Shown one piece after another: positions 50,240 through 63,494 of a stretch of 64,000 nt of DNA. Every line of letters starts with the position of its first letter. Position 1 is the stretch's first letter. Both the position numbers and the translations under genes were made by a program. Source of the stretch: Malacoraja senta (Eukaryota). The DNA is taken from the NCBI GenBank assembly GCA_038087875.1, contig CM075994.1, forward strand, positions 8,062,001-8,126,000. The letters are read 5' to 3'. Under the pieces are notes generated by a model. The model was not told where the DNA came from and made no database searches. It was given only the letters and a program-made list of their open reading frames with translations.

Positions 50240-50802
50240 CTCACCTGGAGTATTGGGTGCAGTTTTGGTCCCCTCATTTGAGGAAGGACCTTCTTGCTAT
50301 TGAGGGAGTGCAGCGTAGGTTTACAAGGTTAATTCCCGGGATGGCGGGACTGTCATATGCTGAGAGAATGGAGCAGCTGGGCTTGTACACTCTGGAGTTT
50401 AGAAGGATGAGAGAGGATCTCATTGAAACATACAAGATTGTTAAGAGCTTGGACACGCTAGAGGCAGGAAACGTTCCCGATGTTGGGGGAGTCCGGAACC
50501 AGGGGCCACAGTTTAAGAATAAGGGGTAAGCCATTTAGAACGGAGACGAGGAAACACTTTTTCTCACAGAGAGTCGTAAGTCTGTGGAATTCTCTGCCTC
50601 AGAGGGCGGTGGAGGCGGGTTCTCTGGATGCTTTCGAGAGAGAGCTAGATAGGGCTCCTAAAAATAGCAGAGTCAGGGGATAGGAGGAGAAGGCAGGAAC
50701 GGGGTACTGATTGGGGATGATCAGCCATGATCACATTGAATGGCGGTGCTGGCTCGAAGGGCCTACTCCTGCACCTATTGTCTATTGTCTATTGTCTATT
50801 GT
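50240..50802 (+). mobile_element. CR1-clade LINE 3' fragment
   Basis: QFWSPHLRKD..., with a (CTATTGT)n tail. Confidence 0.85.
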
Positions 50803-51739
50803 CATCCACACTCATGGGAGACCCTCGGACTATCTTTAATCGGACTTTACTGGCTTTACCTTGCACTAAACGTTATTCCCTTTATCTTGTATCTGTACAC
50901 TGTGGACGGCTCGATTGTAATCGTGTATAGCCTTTCCGCTGACTGGATAGTACAAAAATGCTTTTAGCTAAAAACTAAAAACTAAACAAAACTAAACCAA
51001 ACTAATTCATAATAAAGTAATTTATACTAAACCAAACTAAACTCAACTTAACCTAACGAGACTAATTAAAACAAAATTAAACTGTACTAAACTAATCAGA
51101 ATCAGATTTTATTCGCCACGTATGTTTTGCAACATATGAGGAATTTCACTGGCCAGGTCAGTCATACAATTAAAAGCAACAGACTCAAAAACACATTTAA
51201 ACATGAACATCCACCACAGTGACTCCTACACATTCCTCACTGTGATGGAAGGCGAAAAAAAGTTCGAGTCTCTGCCCTTTGTTCTCCCGCAGTCGGGGGT
51301 CTCGGGCCTTCCGTTGACGGGACGATCTTGACTCCCGTAGCCGGCGGCGTTTTGGCCCGAGGCGATCAGCTCCTGCATCGGGGGGATGTTAGCTCCCCCG
51401 CGCTGGGCGATCGAACCTCGTGTCGGGGCTGGGCGACCCTTCCGCGACGTTGGAGCTCCCGACTAGCCTCTCCAGAGACTGCGAGCCCTTGATGGTAAGT
51501 CCGCGGTGGTCACGGTGGGAGCGATCCCAGGCAAGGGATCCGCTCCGATGTAAGCCGCGGTGGGGCTCACGACAGTCCAAGGAGGCTTCCAGCTCCAGCG
51601 ATGGTAGGCCGCAGAGCCCGGAGAATGTGAAAATTAATCACATCTCCGGAAAGGTAAGAACCACGATCCCCCCCCCACCCCCCCTCCCCTCCCCTTCCCC
51701 TCCCCCTCCCCCCTCCCCCCACAGAAAACAAACCGAAGT

Positions 51740-52822
51740 AGAAACATGGAAACATAGAATAAATAGAAAATAGGTGCAGGAGTAGGCCATTCGGCCCTTC
51801 GAGTCTGCACCGCCATTCAATATGATCATGGCTGATCATCCAACTCAGTATCCCAACCCTGCCTTCTCTCCATACCCTGATCCCTTTAGCCACAAGGGCC
51901 ACATCTAACTCCCTCTTAAATATAGCCAATGAACTGGCCTCAACTACCCTCTGTGGCAGAGAATTCCACAGATTCACCACTCTGTGTAAAAAATGATTTC
52001 CTCATCTCGGTCCTAAAAGACTTCCCCCTTATCCTTAAACTGTGACCCCTTGTTCTGGACTTCCCCAACATCGGGAACAATCTTCCTGCATCTAGCCTGT
52101 CCAACCCCTTAAGAATTTTGTACGTTTCTATAAGATCCCCCCTCAATCTTCTAAATTCTAGCGAGTACAAGCCGAGTCTATCCAGTCTTACTTCATATGA
52201 AAGTCCTGCCATCCCAGGAATCAGTCTGGTGAACCTTCTCTGTACTCCCTCTATGGCAAGAATGTCTTTCCTCAGATTAGGAGACCAAAACTGTACGCAA
52301 TACTCCAGGTGTGGTCTCACCAAGACCCTGTACAACTGCAGTAGAACCTCCCTGCTCCTATACTCAAATCCTTTTGCTATGAATGCTAACATACCATTCG
52401 CTTTCTTCACTGCCTGCTGCACCTGCATGCCTACTTTCAATGACTGGTGTACCATGACACCCAGGTCTCGTTGCATCTCCCCTTTTCCTAATCGGCCACC
52501 ATTCAGATAATAGTCTACTTTCCTGTTTTTGCCACCAAAGTGGATAACCTCACATTTATCCACATTATACTGCATCTGCCATGCATTTGCCCACTCACCC
52601 AACCTATCCAAGTCACCTTGCAGCCTCCTAGCATCCTCCTCACTTCTAACACTGCCCCCCAGCTTCGTGTCATCCGCAAACTTGGAGATGTTGCATTCAA
52701 TTCCCTCATCCAGATCATTAATATAAATTGTAAATAGCTGGGGTCCCAGCACTGAGCCTTGCGGTACCCCACTAGTCACTGCCTGCCATTGTGAAAAGGA
52801 CCCGTTTACTCCTACTCTTTGC
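51740..52822 (-). mobile_element. Longest CR1-clade LINE fragment, including part of the RT domain
   Basis: GVPQGSVLGPQLF...SKFADDTKL...; splits an unclassified GC-rich repeat (~51096-51735 and 52825-52933). Confidence 0.92.
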
Positions 52823-53187
52823 ATAGAAGTACATTAAAACACACTCTTAACCGACGTTAACAAAATAACAAAAGATGAAAAAACGAACGGACTTCCGGCA
52901 GGGCTGGCCATCTCCCCGGTGCCCCTGGTGGTCTATTCAGACCAAACTAATCTAATCTAAGCTAAACTAAACTAAACTAATCCAAACTCAGCTAAATTAA
53001 ACTAAACTAATTCCGACTAAACGAATTCAAACCAAAATGTAAACTAGACTCAACTGAACTAAATTGAACTCAATTAAACTAGACTAAATAAATGAAGCCA
53101 TTAAGTTAATTGAGGTTCACTTGCATCTCCTCCAACCTCATCTACTGTAACAAACAAGTCCATTAACATCATTGTTATCTTTTTCAG

Positions 53188-53258
53188 TGCATTATCAAAT
53201 TTTCACACTTGATCAAGAATTGAAACCAGTAAAATGCACGCTTACAGTTGAAGTATTG
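53188..53258 (+). CDS. C4-like gene, exon 4 (MG2), 71 bp
   Basis: ttttcag|TG...TTG|gtgagt. Translates (V)HYQIFTLDQELKPVKCTLTVEVL, comparable to C4 VRYRVFALDQKMRP. Confidence 0.9.
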
Positions 53259-53376
53259 GTGAGTTGTGATCTATCTGTGATTCATTGGTTATTGTAGTGA
53301 AATCAATATTGTGCAAACTTCTTTCAGCCATGTTTTCAGAAGTCAGTTCATCTGTTTTTGTGTCTGTGAAGGGTAC

Positions 53377-56300
53377 TGTGGTATTATGGAATAATAGTGT
53401 AAGGAATGCCTTTATTCTGCTGCCAGTGGTCAGGCTGCAGTGACGGCATCCGGCCTGAAGGTGGGGCTGTGGGGCGTAACCGGGGAGGCCTAGGAGCAGG
53501 GCCTGGGGATGCAGCACGAGGCTGCTGCTGTAGAGAGTTGCTAAATAAAGACAGACTCCGATTACGTCGTTGTACGAGCCTCATTATAAGAATAATTCGA
53601 TATGGTGTCAGAAACGGGATACTTGTAAGCGAAAAAAAAAAGAAGAAGAGGAAAGTGTATCGTTTTGGCGGAGAAATATGAGATGAGCTGGCAGATATGG
53701 CGCAACCTACACCAACTGCTACGTTCACAATACAACCTCCAGAGCCACTCGATTTTACCAAGCCTCAAGAATGGGAGCGTTGGATCAGGAGATTCGACCG
53801 CTTTCGGCTTGCAAGCAACTTAAACGCAACATCGGAAGAAAACCAGGTGAACACGTTAGTGTATTGCATGGGTGATGAAGCCGAAGATGTGCTAAAGGGG
53901 CTAACGCTAACTGCAGATGAGAGGAAGGTGTACACGGATGTCAAGGCGGGCTTTGATGCATTTTTTGTGCCTAAAAAGAATGTAATCTACGAAAGAGCCA
54001 AGTTCAATCAGCGTGTGCAACTGCCAGGAGAAACGGTGGATTCCTTCATCACTGCTCTATACGGATTAGCTGAACACTGCAACTATGGACAGTTACAGAA
54101 CGAGCTGATCCGCGACAGGTTAGTGGTCGGCCTGAGAAACGTCTCATTGTCAGAAAAGCTACAGCTAGACAGAGACCTAACCCTTGGAACTGCGATAACA
54201 AAGACAAGGCAGTCTGAAGAAGTTAGACGACAGCGGTCTGACTTAAGAGGAGAAAATGGCGGTGCTAGCAAGTGCTCAAATGTTGATGCTGTGCATGCTA
54301 AAAGCTACAGAAAACCCAAATTTCCCTCAAAGCCTCAGCCACAAGCACAAACACCAGAGAAAAATAAACTTAATACACGGCCACAGCCAGGTTCAAAGGC
54401 CTGTTATAGATGTGGAAAAATGCCCTCGCATGGAAAATGGGAATGCCCTGCTAAAGATGCTGTGTGTCACAACTGTGGCAAAAAGGGACATTATGGCAAA
54501 GTGTGCAGAAACAGTGCAAAATCTCTGAATGCTGTCACTACAGAGGAAGAAGAGAGCTTTTTCCTGGGAGCCGTGGATGCTGGAAAAGACCCGTGGACGG
54601 TGCAGCTACAAGTGAGACAAAAAAAAGTGTGCTTTAAAATAGACACTGGTGCTGATGTCACCGCCATGCCAGCCGAGGTGTACCATGACATTACAGGGGG
54701 GCATGATGTGAAGCGCCTGGCAGTGCCGACACGCCCGTTGTTTGGGCCAGGGGGCAATGCACTCTCTGTCCTAGGTGTAGCCAGAGAAACACTGCGCAGA
54801 GGCAAAAAGACAGCCATAGAGAACATTTATGTAGTAAAAGACCTGCACACTGCACTGTCGGGAAGGCCTGCCATAGAACAGCTTCAGCTTGTGTGCAGGG
54901 TTGACAGCATCACCATGGAATCAATGAAACAACAATATCCGAAGCTGTGTAGCGGCTTGGGTCTTGTTCTGAGGCCATACTCAATTAAATTAAAGCCAGA
55001 GGCTGTGCCCTTCTCTCTCCACACACCACGCAGAGTCCCTCTGCCGCTTATGGGAAAAGTGAAGGAGGAGATAGACCGTATGGAGAAGATGGGCGTAATC
55101 ACCAAGATTGAGGAGCCGACTGATTGGTGTGCCGGGATGGTGGTGGTGCCGAAAAAAGCAGGTGATGTTCGCATTTGTGTGGATTTCACAATGATGAATG
55201 AATCAGTATGCAGAGAAAAGTTTATCCTGCCTTCTGTCGAGCACACTCTGGGCATGCTAGCTGGCGCAACAGTCTTCAGCAAATTAGATGCCAACATGGG
55301 CTTTTGGCAAGTACCATTGACAAAAGAGTCTGCCAAATACACCACCTTCATCACGCCTTATGGGCGCTACTATTTTAACCGTCTACCCTTTGGCATAGCA
55401 TCAGCCCCCGAGCACTTTGGTGACAGAAGTGACCGGTGGCCTGGAGGGGGTACTGTGTCACATGGACGACATCCTGGTCTGGGGACAGACGCAGGAGGAG
55501 CATGATGTGCGGCTACATGCGGTGCTAAAGAAGGCACAAAAGGCCGGCATTACGCTCAACATGGACAAATGTGAGCTCACACGCCACACAGTCAGATTCC
55601 TGGGTCATGTGATTTCAGCAGATGGAGTGAAGCCAGATCCAGAGAAGACGAGAGCAGTACAAGAGATGGATGCACCCAAAAATGTCAGCGAACTCAGGAG
55701 TTTTCTGGGCATGGTCAATCAGTTGGGCCGCTTCTTGCCTAACCTGGCTGAAAAAGACAAAGTGCTACGAGACCTGCTGTCCAAGAAGAACCACTGGTAC
55801 TGGGGGACAGAGCAGCAGGCCGCCTTTGATCAGTTAAAAACAGAGCTGTCATCCACACCAGTGCTCACATTATACAACCCAAACAGTGCTTTAAAGATCT
55901 CTGCTGATGCTTCTTCCTTTGGCCTGGGGGCAGTCCTGCTGCAGAAGAGCGATGCCATGTGGTCACCTGTGGCATATGCGTCCAGGTCAATGACGCCAAC
56001 AGAGCAGCGCTATGCTCAAGTAGAGAAGGAGGCATTGGCTGCAACGTGGGCATGTGAAAGGTTCAGCTGTTTCATCCTGGGAAGACCATTCGAGCTGGAA
56101 ACTGACCATAAGCCGTTGGTGAGTCTGCTGGGAAGGAAAGCTTTGGATGACCTCCCACCAAGAATCCAAAGATTTAGGATGAGACTCATGAGGTACAATT
56201 ATACAGTCAATCATGTCCCTGGCAAAAGCCTGTGGACAGCCGACACCTTATCTCGTGCTCCTCTGAGAGCCGCAAGAGCACACACAGACACAAGCCTATT

Positions 56301-57958
56301 AGAGGACACCAACATCTATGTAGACTCTGTCATCAGCAACATTCCTGTCAGTGGAGATTATCTGAGCAGCCTACGTGCGCACCTGAAGGCAGACAGCACA
56401 TGATCTGCACTGATGGAGTACTGCACAGACGGCTGGCCCGACAAAAGCCAACTGCAGGGAGTGCTGAGACATTTCTGGGCTGATAGAGCAGTGCTGACTG
56501 TGCACGATGGGCTGCTGCTGCGGGGCACGAGACTCGTCATCCCATCAGCCTTACAAGGTGATGTGCTGCAGAGACTACATGAGGGACACCTGGGGGTGAC
56601 AAAGTGCAGGGGCCGGGCCAAACAGACGGTATGGTGGCCAGGACTCAGCAGCCAGCTGAATGACATGGTGCTGAAATGTAGAACCTGCATCCAAGAGAGA
56701 AGGAACGTCAAAGAGCCACTGATGCCAACGGAGATGCCAGACAGGCCTTGGCAAACCTTGGGAGCTGACCTGTTCACGCTGAAAAACAAGACTTATCTAC
56801 TAGTAGTAGATTATTTCTCAAGGTATGTGGAAGTTGCGCTGCTGTCACACACAAGGTCCACAGATGTGGTGGTGCACCTGAAATCCATGTTTTCTCGTCA
56901 TGGAATTGGGGAATTTCTTAAAAGTGACAATGGGCCCCAGTTCTCAGGTAGCCACTTTAAAGCCTTTGCAGCAGAGTATGGCTTTGTGCACATCACGAGC
57001 AGCCCCAAGTTTCCTCAGAGCAATGGGGAGGCGGAACGCGCTGTACAAACCGTGAAAAACCTGCTAACAAAGGCATCAGACCCATATCTTGCATTGCTGG
57101 CCTACAGAGCAACCCCTCTACAGAACGGCTATAGCCCGGCCGAGCTGTTGATGGGGCGCCGCCTCCGCACTACAGTTCCTGCCCTTCCAACCCTGCTGAA
57201 TCCAGTTTTGCCTGACTACAACGCGCTGGGGGCCAAAGAAAGGGAGAAGAGGAGGAACGACGCAAGATCCTTCGACAAGAGGCACGGAGCGAGAAACCTG
57301 GAGCCACTCGTACCTGGGGAGGATGTGTGGATCACCGATGCACGAGTCCAGGGCACAGTGCTATCTACACACAACACCCCTCGCTCTTATATCGTCCAGG
57401 TGCCTCAGGGCACACTGAGGAGGAACCGGCATCACTTGGTGCCGCTGCAGACCAACAGTGGGGTAGTCGATGCTGATGAGCCACCGGTGGGAGAAGATTC
57501 ACCTACACCAGAGCCAGCTCCACCAGTGACAACATCACCCAGCAGAGAGGGCCCCACCACAGAGACTGTGCGGACCAGGTATGGGAGAGAGGTTAGAAAG
57601 CTGCAGAGACTTGATTGGTGATTTATTGATTTGTTTGATCAGGGACAGGTCTTTCAGCAAAAGGGCAGAATAAACCCCTTAAGACCTGCAGAGACAAAGG
57701 TAGTCCACCCTTTGTTCTCAAAGAAAGGGAGATGTGGTATTATGGAATAATAGTGTAAGGAATGCCTTTATTCTGCTGCCAGTGGTCAGGCTGCAGTGAC
57801 GGCATCCGGCCTGAAGGTGGGGCTGTGGGGCGTAACCGGGGAGGCCTAGGAGCAGGGCCCGGGGATGCAGCACGAGGCTGCTGCTGTAGAGAGTTGCTAA
57901 ATAAAGACAGACTCCGATTACGTCGTTGTACGAGCCTCATTATAAGAATAATTCGATA
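53377..57958 (+). mobile_element. Full-length Ty3/Gypsy LTR retrotransposon, defective
   Basis: 226-bp LTRs at 53377-53602 and 57733-57958 with one visible mismatch; GGTAC TSD (53372-76, 57959-63); PBS TGGTGTCAGAAACGGGAT; PPT AAGAAAGGGAGA; gag-PR-RT-RH-INT order. Confidence 0.97.
53697..57621 (+). pseudogene. Gypsy gag-pol, disrupted by a frameshift (~55415) and an in-frame TGA (56401-56403)
   Basis: Two Zn knuckles (CYRC..H..C, CHNCGKKGHYGKVC), protease FKIDTGAD, RT LPFG..HMDDIL, RNase H ADAS..G/ETDHKPL, integrase H..H..C..C with DLF/SDNGPQF/GEAER. Confidence 0.95.
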
Positions 57959-58244
57959 GGTACAATGGCATTTTATTGCCATGTTATACCAGTGCACAGT
58001 GACATTCCTTTTTTTGCCTACAGTTCAGTGAAAATCCTACTAAACTAACAATCGGAACAAGATCATAAGTGATCTTGAATAAGTGAGCAGAATGAGGCCA
58101 TTCGACCCATCAAGTCTACTCCTTGGCTGATCTATCTGTCCCTCCTCACCCCATTCTCCTGGCCCAGCTTCTCCCCATAACCCCTGACACCCGTACTGAT
58201 CAAGAAACTCCACACAGACGGACAGACTTGCAAACTCCACCCAA

Positions 58245-58805
58245 ACAGATGGACAGACAGACAAACACACACCTCGTCTCACACACACTCACACTTATAC
58301 CATATACACACATACGTACATGCACAGACACACCGTCACTCACACAGACATGCTCACATAATCACACTCGTATGCACACACACACACACAGCCGTACAAA
58401 CACACACTCTCACACACAGCCGTACAGACAGACACACACATAGACACACAAACACACACACATACACACTTATACACACAAACTCACACACACATGCACC
58501 CACACACACACACACACACACACACAGCCGTACAGACAGACACACACAGAGACACACAAACACACACACATACACACTTATACACACAAACTCACACACA
58601 CATGCACCCACACACACACACACACACACAGCCGTACAAACAGACACACACATAGACACACAAACACACACACATACACACTTATACACACAAACTCACA
58701 CACACATGCACCCACACACACAGACGTACAAACAGACACACACACATACACACTTATACACACACAAACTCACACACACTTACACACACACACACACACA
58801 GACAG
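58245..58805. repeat. (CA)n microsatellite with ~105-bp higher-order repeats, within a SINE
   Basis: Repeated CAGCCGTACA...CACTTATACACACAAACTCAC units. Confidence 0.92.
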
Positions 58806-59050
58806 ATAGTGCCCGAGACCAGGACTGAACCCGTGACCCGTGTCCCTGGCACTGTGAGACTGCGGTCTACCCGCTGCGCCACCGTGCCAGCCCAGCGCAA
58901 TGTGTTGGACGCCGCTGAAACTTGCGGTCCACGGCAACATCTCGGCTGCAATGATTAACGTGGTTTTACCGTTGAACCCTTGTCGTTGTTGATCTTTATT
59001 ATCGATCGCTGCGATCAATGAACTACAGGTGTCCTCTCATGTTTTGCCAG

Positions 59051-59139
59051 GATGCGAATGGCAGTGTTTTGTCGGCCGTGAGTAGACAAACTGTGTCCCA
59101 ATCAGTTCACATTGGTGAGATCAACATTGGACCTGAAAT
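59051..59139 (+). CDS. C4-like gene, exon 5, 89 bp
   Basis: gccag|GAT...AT|gtaag. Translates DANGSVLSAVSRQTVSQSVHIGEINIGPE. Phase 0-2 bridges exons 4 and 6. Confidence 0.78.
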
Positions 59140-60856
59140 GTAAGATTCCATCTCCTGACTTCAAATGAAGGTATTCTCTGATCTGCACTGCAAAATCACG
59201 GGACACTGGAATAGAAATCAAAAGCTCCAGTCTAGTCTAGTTTAGTCTAGTCTAGTTTAGTTTAGAGATACAGCGCAGAAACAGGCCCTTCGGCCCACCG
59301 AGTCTCCACCGACCAGCGATCCCCACACATTAACACTATCCTACACACACCAGTGACAATTTAGACTTATACCAAGCCAAATAGCCGACAAACCTGTACG
59401 TCTTTGGAGTGTGGGAGGAAACTGAAGATCTCGGAGAAAACCCACGCAGGTCACGTACAATCTCCGTACAGACAGCACCCGTGGTCAGGATCGAACCGGC
59501 GTCCCTGGCGCTGCGAGGCAGCAACTCTACCACTGCGCCACCGTGCCGCCCCCCTCAGCTGGGAGGGGATGGTCTCGATGGGCTGAAGGGCCTGTTTCCT
59601 TCCGGAATTTCTCCATGATTGTGGCGGCACGATGACGCAGCGGTAGAGTCGCTGCCTCACAGCTCCAGAGACCCGGGTTCGATCCCGAGTACGGGTGCTG
59701 TCTGTGAGGAGTTTGTACGTTCTCCCCGTGACCGCATGGGTTTTCTCCGGGTGCTCCGGTTTCCTCCCACACTCCAAAGGGGTGTGGGTTTGCCGGTTAA
59801 TTGGCCCTTGCTTCCCGCCTCTCTGTCTGTCCCTCCCCCATCTAGCCATCCTGCTAGTTTCACTGTTCATATCCCGTCGTAATCACCTCTTCCACAGCCA
59901 ACAATGGACCATTGTGGGCTCCGCCCTTCCTTAGTCGTCAGTGCCGGCTCTGATTTGTTCTGTACCTTTTTCACACCTCTAGTTTCCCTCTCCCTTGACT
60001 CTCAGTCTGAAGAAGGGTCTCGACCTGAAGCGTCACCCATTCCTTCTTTCCAGAGATGCTGCCTGTCAATAGATAATAGACAATAGACAATAGGTGCAGG
60101 AGTAGGCCATTTGGCCCTTCTAGCCAGCACTGCCATTCAATGTGATCATGTCTGATCATCCTCAATCAGTACCCCGTTCCTGCCTTCTCCCCATATCCCC
60201 TGACTCCGCTGTCTGTAAGAGCCCTATCTAGCTCTCTCTTGAAAGCATCCAGAGAACCTGCCTCCACCGCCCTCTGAGGCAGAGAATTCCACTGCCCTAC
60301 TGAGTCTAATTAAAGATAGTCCGAGGGTCTCCAGTGAGGTAGATAGTAGTTCAGGACTGCTCTCTGGTTGTGGTAGGACGGTTCAGCTGGGAAGAAACTG
60401 TCCCTGATTCTGGAGGTGTGCGTTTTCACACTTCTGTAACTTTTGCCCGATGGGAGAGGGGAGAAGAGGGAGTGGCCGGGTGAGACTGATCCTTAATTAT
60501 GCTGCTGGCCTTGCCGAGGCAGTGTGAGGTGTAGATGGAGTCAATGGAAGGGACGTTTGTTTGTGCGATGGTCTGGGCTACGTCCACAACTCTCTGCCAT
60601 TTCCTGCAGTCTTGGACGCAGCTGTTCCCAAACCGTGCTGTGATACATCCCGATATGATGCTTTCTAAGGCGCATCTGTAGAAGTTGGTGAGAGTTGTAG
60701 GGGACATGTCGAACTTCCTAAGCCTTCCAAGGAAGTTGGTGTGCTTTTTTTCTCACCCTGAATCCCCACGTGACGTCGAATACCCTTTGTCAGAAGCGGG
60801 AGAGGGGAGCGTGTGAAGTAGCAATTGTATTTTATCGTTTACTTACAATTTTACAG

Positions 60857-60936
60857 GTACGAAACATATCAAATTCGGGCTACGGTGATGAACAATGAAT
60901 ACTACGGCTTAAAGAGGTTCCAAGTTCGGAAATACG
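60857..60936 (+). CDS. C4-like gene, exon 6, 80 bp
   Basis: ttacag|G...G|gtgagt. Translates (M)YETYQIRATVMNNEYYGLKRFQVRKY, with the 'F.V.KY' end-of-MG2 motif. Confidence 0.88.
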
Positions 60937-62084
60937 GTGAGTGGATGTGGAGAGGATGTTTCACACCCGTGGGAGAGTCTCGGACCAGAGGTCAAAGCCT
61001 CAGAATTAAAGGACATTCCTTCAGGAAGGAATTGAGGAGGAATTTCTATAATCAGAGGGTGGTGAATCTGTGGAATTCTTTGTCACTGAAAGCTGTGGAG
61101 GCCAAGTCAGTGGATATTTTTAAGGCTGAGATAGATAGATTTTTGATTAGTACGGGTGTCAGGGGTTACGGGGAGAAGGCAGGAGAATGGGGTTGAGATG
61201 GAGAGATAGATCAGCCATGATTGAATGGCAGAATAGGCTTGATGGGCCGAATGGCCTAATTCTACTTCTAACACTAAGAAGTAGAATTAAGGCCTTTTGA
61301 CCTTATGATATTACGACCTTATGCTTTGGTCGCTTAGACTTTAACCTGATATTTTTGCTCAATGTAGGCCAATCAGCCCATAAATCCCATGCTAGCCCTT
61401 GGAGAATTCCAGTCAATCCCATTCCCTTAGGGGTCCATCACCTATTCAAACATTCCCAACCACTCCCAACAGATTGATTAGTACAGGTGTCAGAGGTTAT
61501 GGAGAGAAGGCAGGAGAATGGGGTTAAGTGGAAGAGATAGATCAGCCATGATTGAATGGCAGATTGTAGCCAGAGCCATCTTCTTCTCTGCCGTGTGCCG
61601 GGGCAGCAAGGCGAAGGCTGCGGACGCCAACGGGATCAACAAATTCATCGGGAAGGGGTTGGATTCATGGGAGGTGGTCTTGGAGGGGAGGATGCTCCTC
61701 AAACTGCGGAGCATCCTGGACAATAACAGCTCACCCCCTCCATGACGCACTGGTCAACCTGAGGAGCACCTTCAGCAACAGACTGGTTCCACCAAGATGC
61801 AGCACAGAACGCCACAGGAGATCCTTCTTCCCTGTGGCTATCAAACTGTACAACTCCTCCCCCTTCTGTCGTGGGGTAGACTGAGACTGACTCCCCTCCC
61901 CCCTCCCCGCCCCCCCCCCCCAATCTCTGCACATCCCCAATCCTTTCCACTCTTCACTTTAATTTCATTTTTCAAGTATCTTATATTTTATGACTGTTGG
62001 CAGATCAATTTCGCTCCTGGGATCAATAGAGTTCTGTCTTATCGTATACTATCAAAGCCGTGATGGGCTGAATGGCCTAGTTCT

Positions 62085-62620
62085 ACTCATAGAAACTTAG
62101 AAACATAGAAAGTAGGCGCAGGAGCAGGCCATTCAGCCCTTCGAGCCTTTCAATATGATCATGGCTGATCATCCAGAATCAGTACCCCGTTCCTGCTTTC
62201 TCCCCATATCCCTTCATTCCGTTAGCCCTAAGAGCTAAATCTAACTCTCTCTTGAAAACATCCAGAGAATTGGCCTCCACTGCCTTCTGTGGCAGGGAAT
62301 TCCACAGATTCCCACTCTCTGGGTGAAAACATTTTTCCTCATCTCAGTCCTAAATGGCCGACCCCTTATTCTTAAACTGTGACCCCTGGTTCTGGACTCC
62401 CCCAACATCGGGAACATTTTTCCTGCATTTAGCCTGTCCAATCCCTCAAGGATTTTATATGTTTCTATAAGATCCCCTCTCATCCTAAATTCCAGTGAAT
62501 TCAAGCCCAGTCGATCCATTCTTTCATCATACGACAGTCCCGCCATCCCGGGAATTAACCTGGTGAACCTTCACTGCACTCCCTCAATGGCAAGAAAGTC
62601 CTTCCTCAAATTGGGAGACC
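62085..62620 (-). mobile_element. CR1-clade LINE 3' fragment
   Basis: ORF 62241-62546 motifs. Confidence 0.85.
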
Positions 62621-62632
62621 ATCTCCGGAGAT

Positions 62633-63238
62633 AATGCTTTATTATCAGTATAAGCAGTAAAATCTTTATTTCGCCAGACGGGTGAGGTAAAAACTCTTTA
62701 CAGTATGCTGACAACAGACTATACAGAGAAGTCCCACACAAAGGGACACTGATCTCAGTACATGTATATATACCCCACTAATCGACGATTCAGCAATACG
62801 TTATCTACAAAGCATAGTACAGCCTCTTGCTTCTTAAGCTTGATAGATCCTTAAGATTGACAGCATCAGAAGATTGACAGGTTCTTCTGACAGAGGAAGG
62901 GTTAGCCATATATAGTTATATGAGAAGGTTATATTTCTGCAGAACAAGTATTTTGTTTTTTTCTACTTATGACGCACATCATAATCTTATAGAACAAGGG
63001 TTAGTCTGAATTCTCTCTAATGTTTATGTTATAGAGGAGACATTCATGAAGCTGTGCTTGTTATCTCACTTATGTTATTGGAAAGGGGAACATCAACAGT
63101 CTGCTGACCTTGTTAATGTACTGAAAGCAAGGGTTAGTGCTTTTTCGCTAGCTTTGCAATTTAATAGAAGAAGGTGAAAGCCTGTCTTAGTTTTAGCGGA
63201 ATCCATTTTGTGAGCTTAAATCATTATTAACTTCCACA
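62633..63238 (-). mobile_element. Probable solo or truncated LTR
   Basis: AT-rich unique block beginning TGTGGAAG on the minus strand, with TATATA and AATAAA in LTR-like order; it splits the common repeat 'catctccggaga|gaaggaatggg'. No second terminus is seen. Confidence 0.45.
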
Positions 63239-63406
63239 GAAGGAATGGGCCATTCTCTCCAGAGATGCTGCCTGTCCTGCTGACTGTCCTGAGTGTGAAT
63301 GGAGTGGAAAAGAATGTCTCTTCTCATCCTTCTAAATCCCAGTGAATACAAGCCCAGTCGAAATCCTATCACTTATGAACCTCTGTCTATCTGCTTTTCT
63401 TTGCAG

Positions 63407-63494
63407 AGTTTCCCAAGTTTGATCTACGGATAACCCCAGACTATTGGTACTTCATGGTCAACAGTGATACATTCTTACTCACTATCCAAGTGGC
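63407..63494 (+). CDS. C4-like gene, exon 7 (MG3), 88 bp; continues past the right edge
   Basis: ttgcag|AG...GC|gtgagt. Translates (E)FPKFDLRITPDYWYFMVNSDTFLLTIQV, comparable to C4 VLPNFEVKITP...YIL. Confidence 0.88.
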
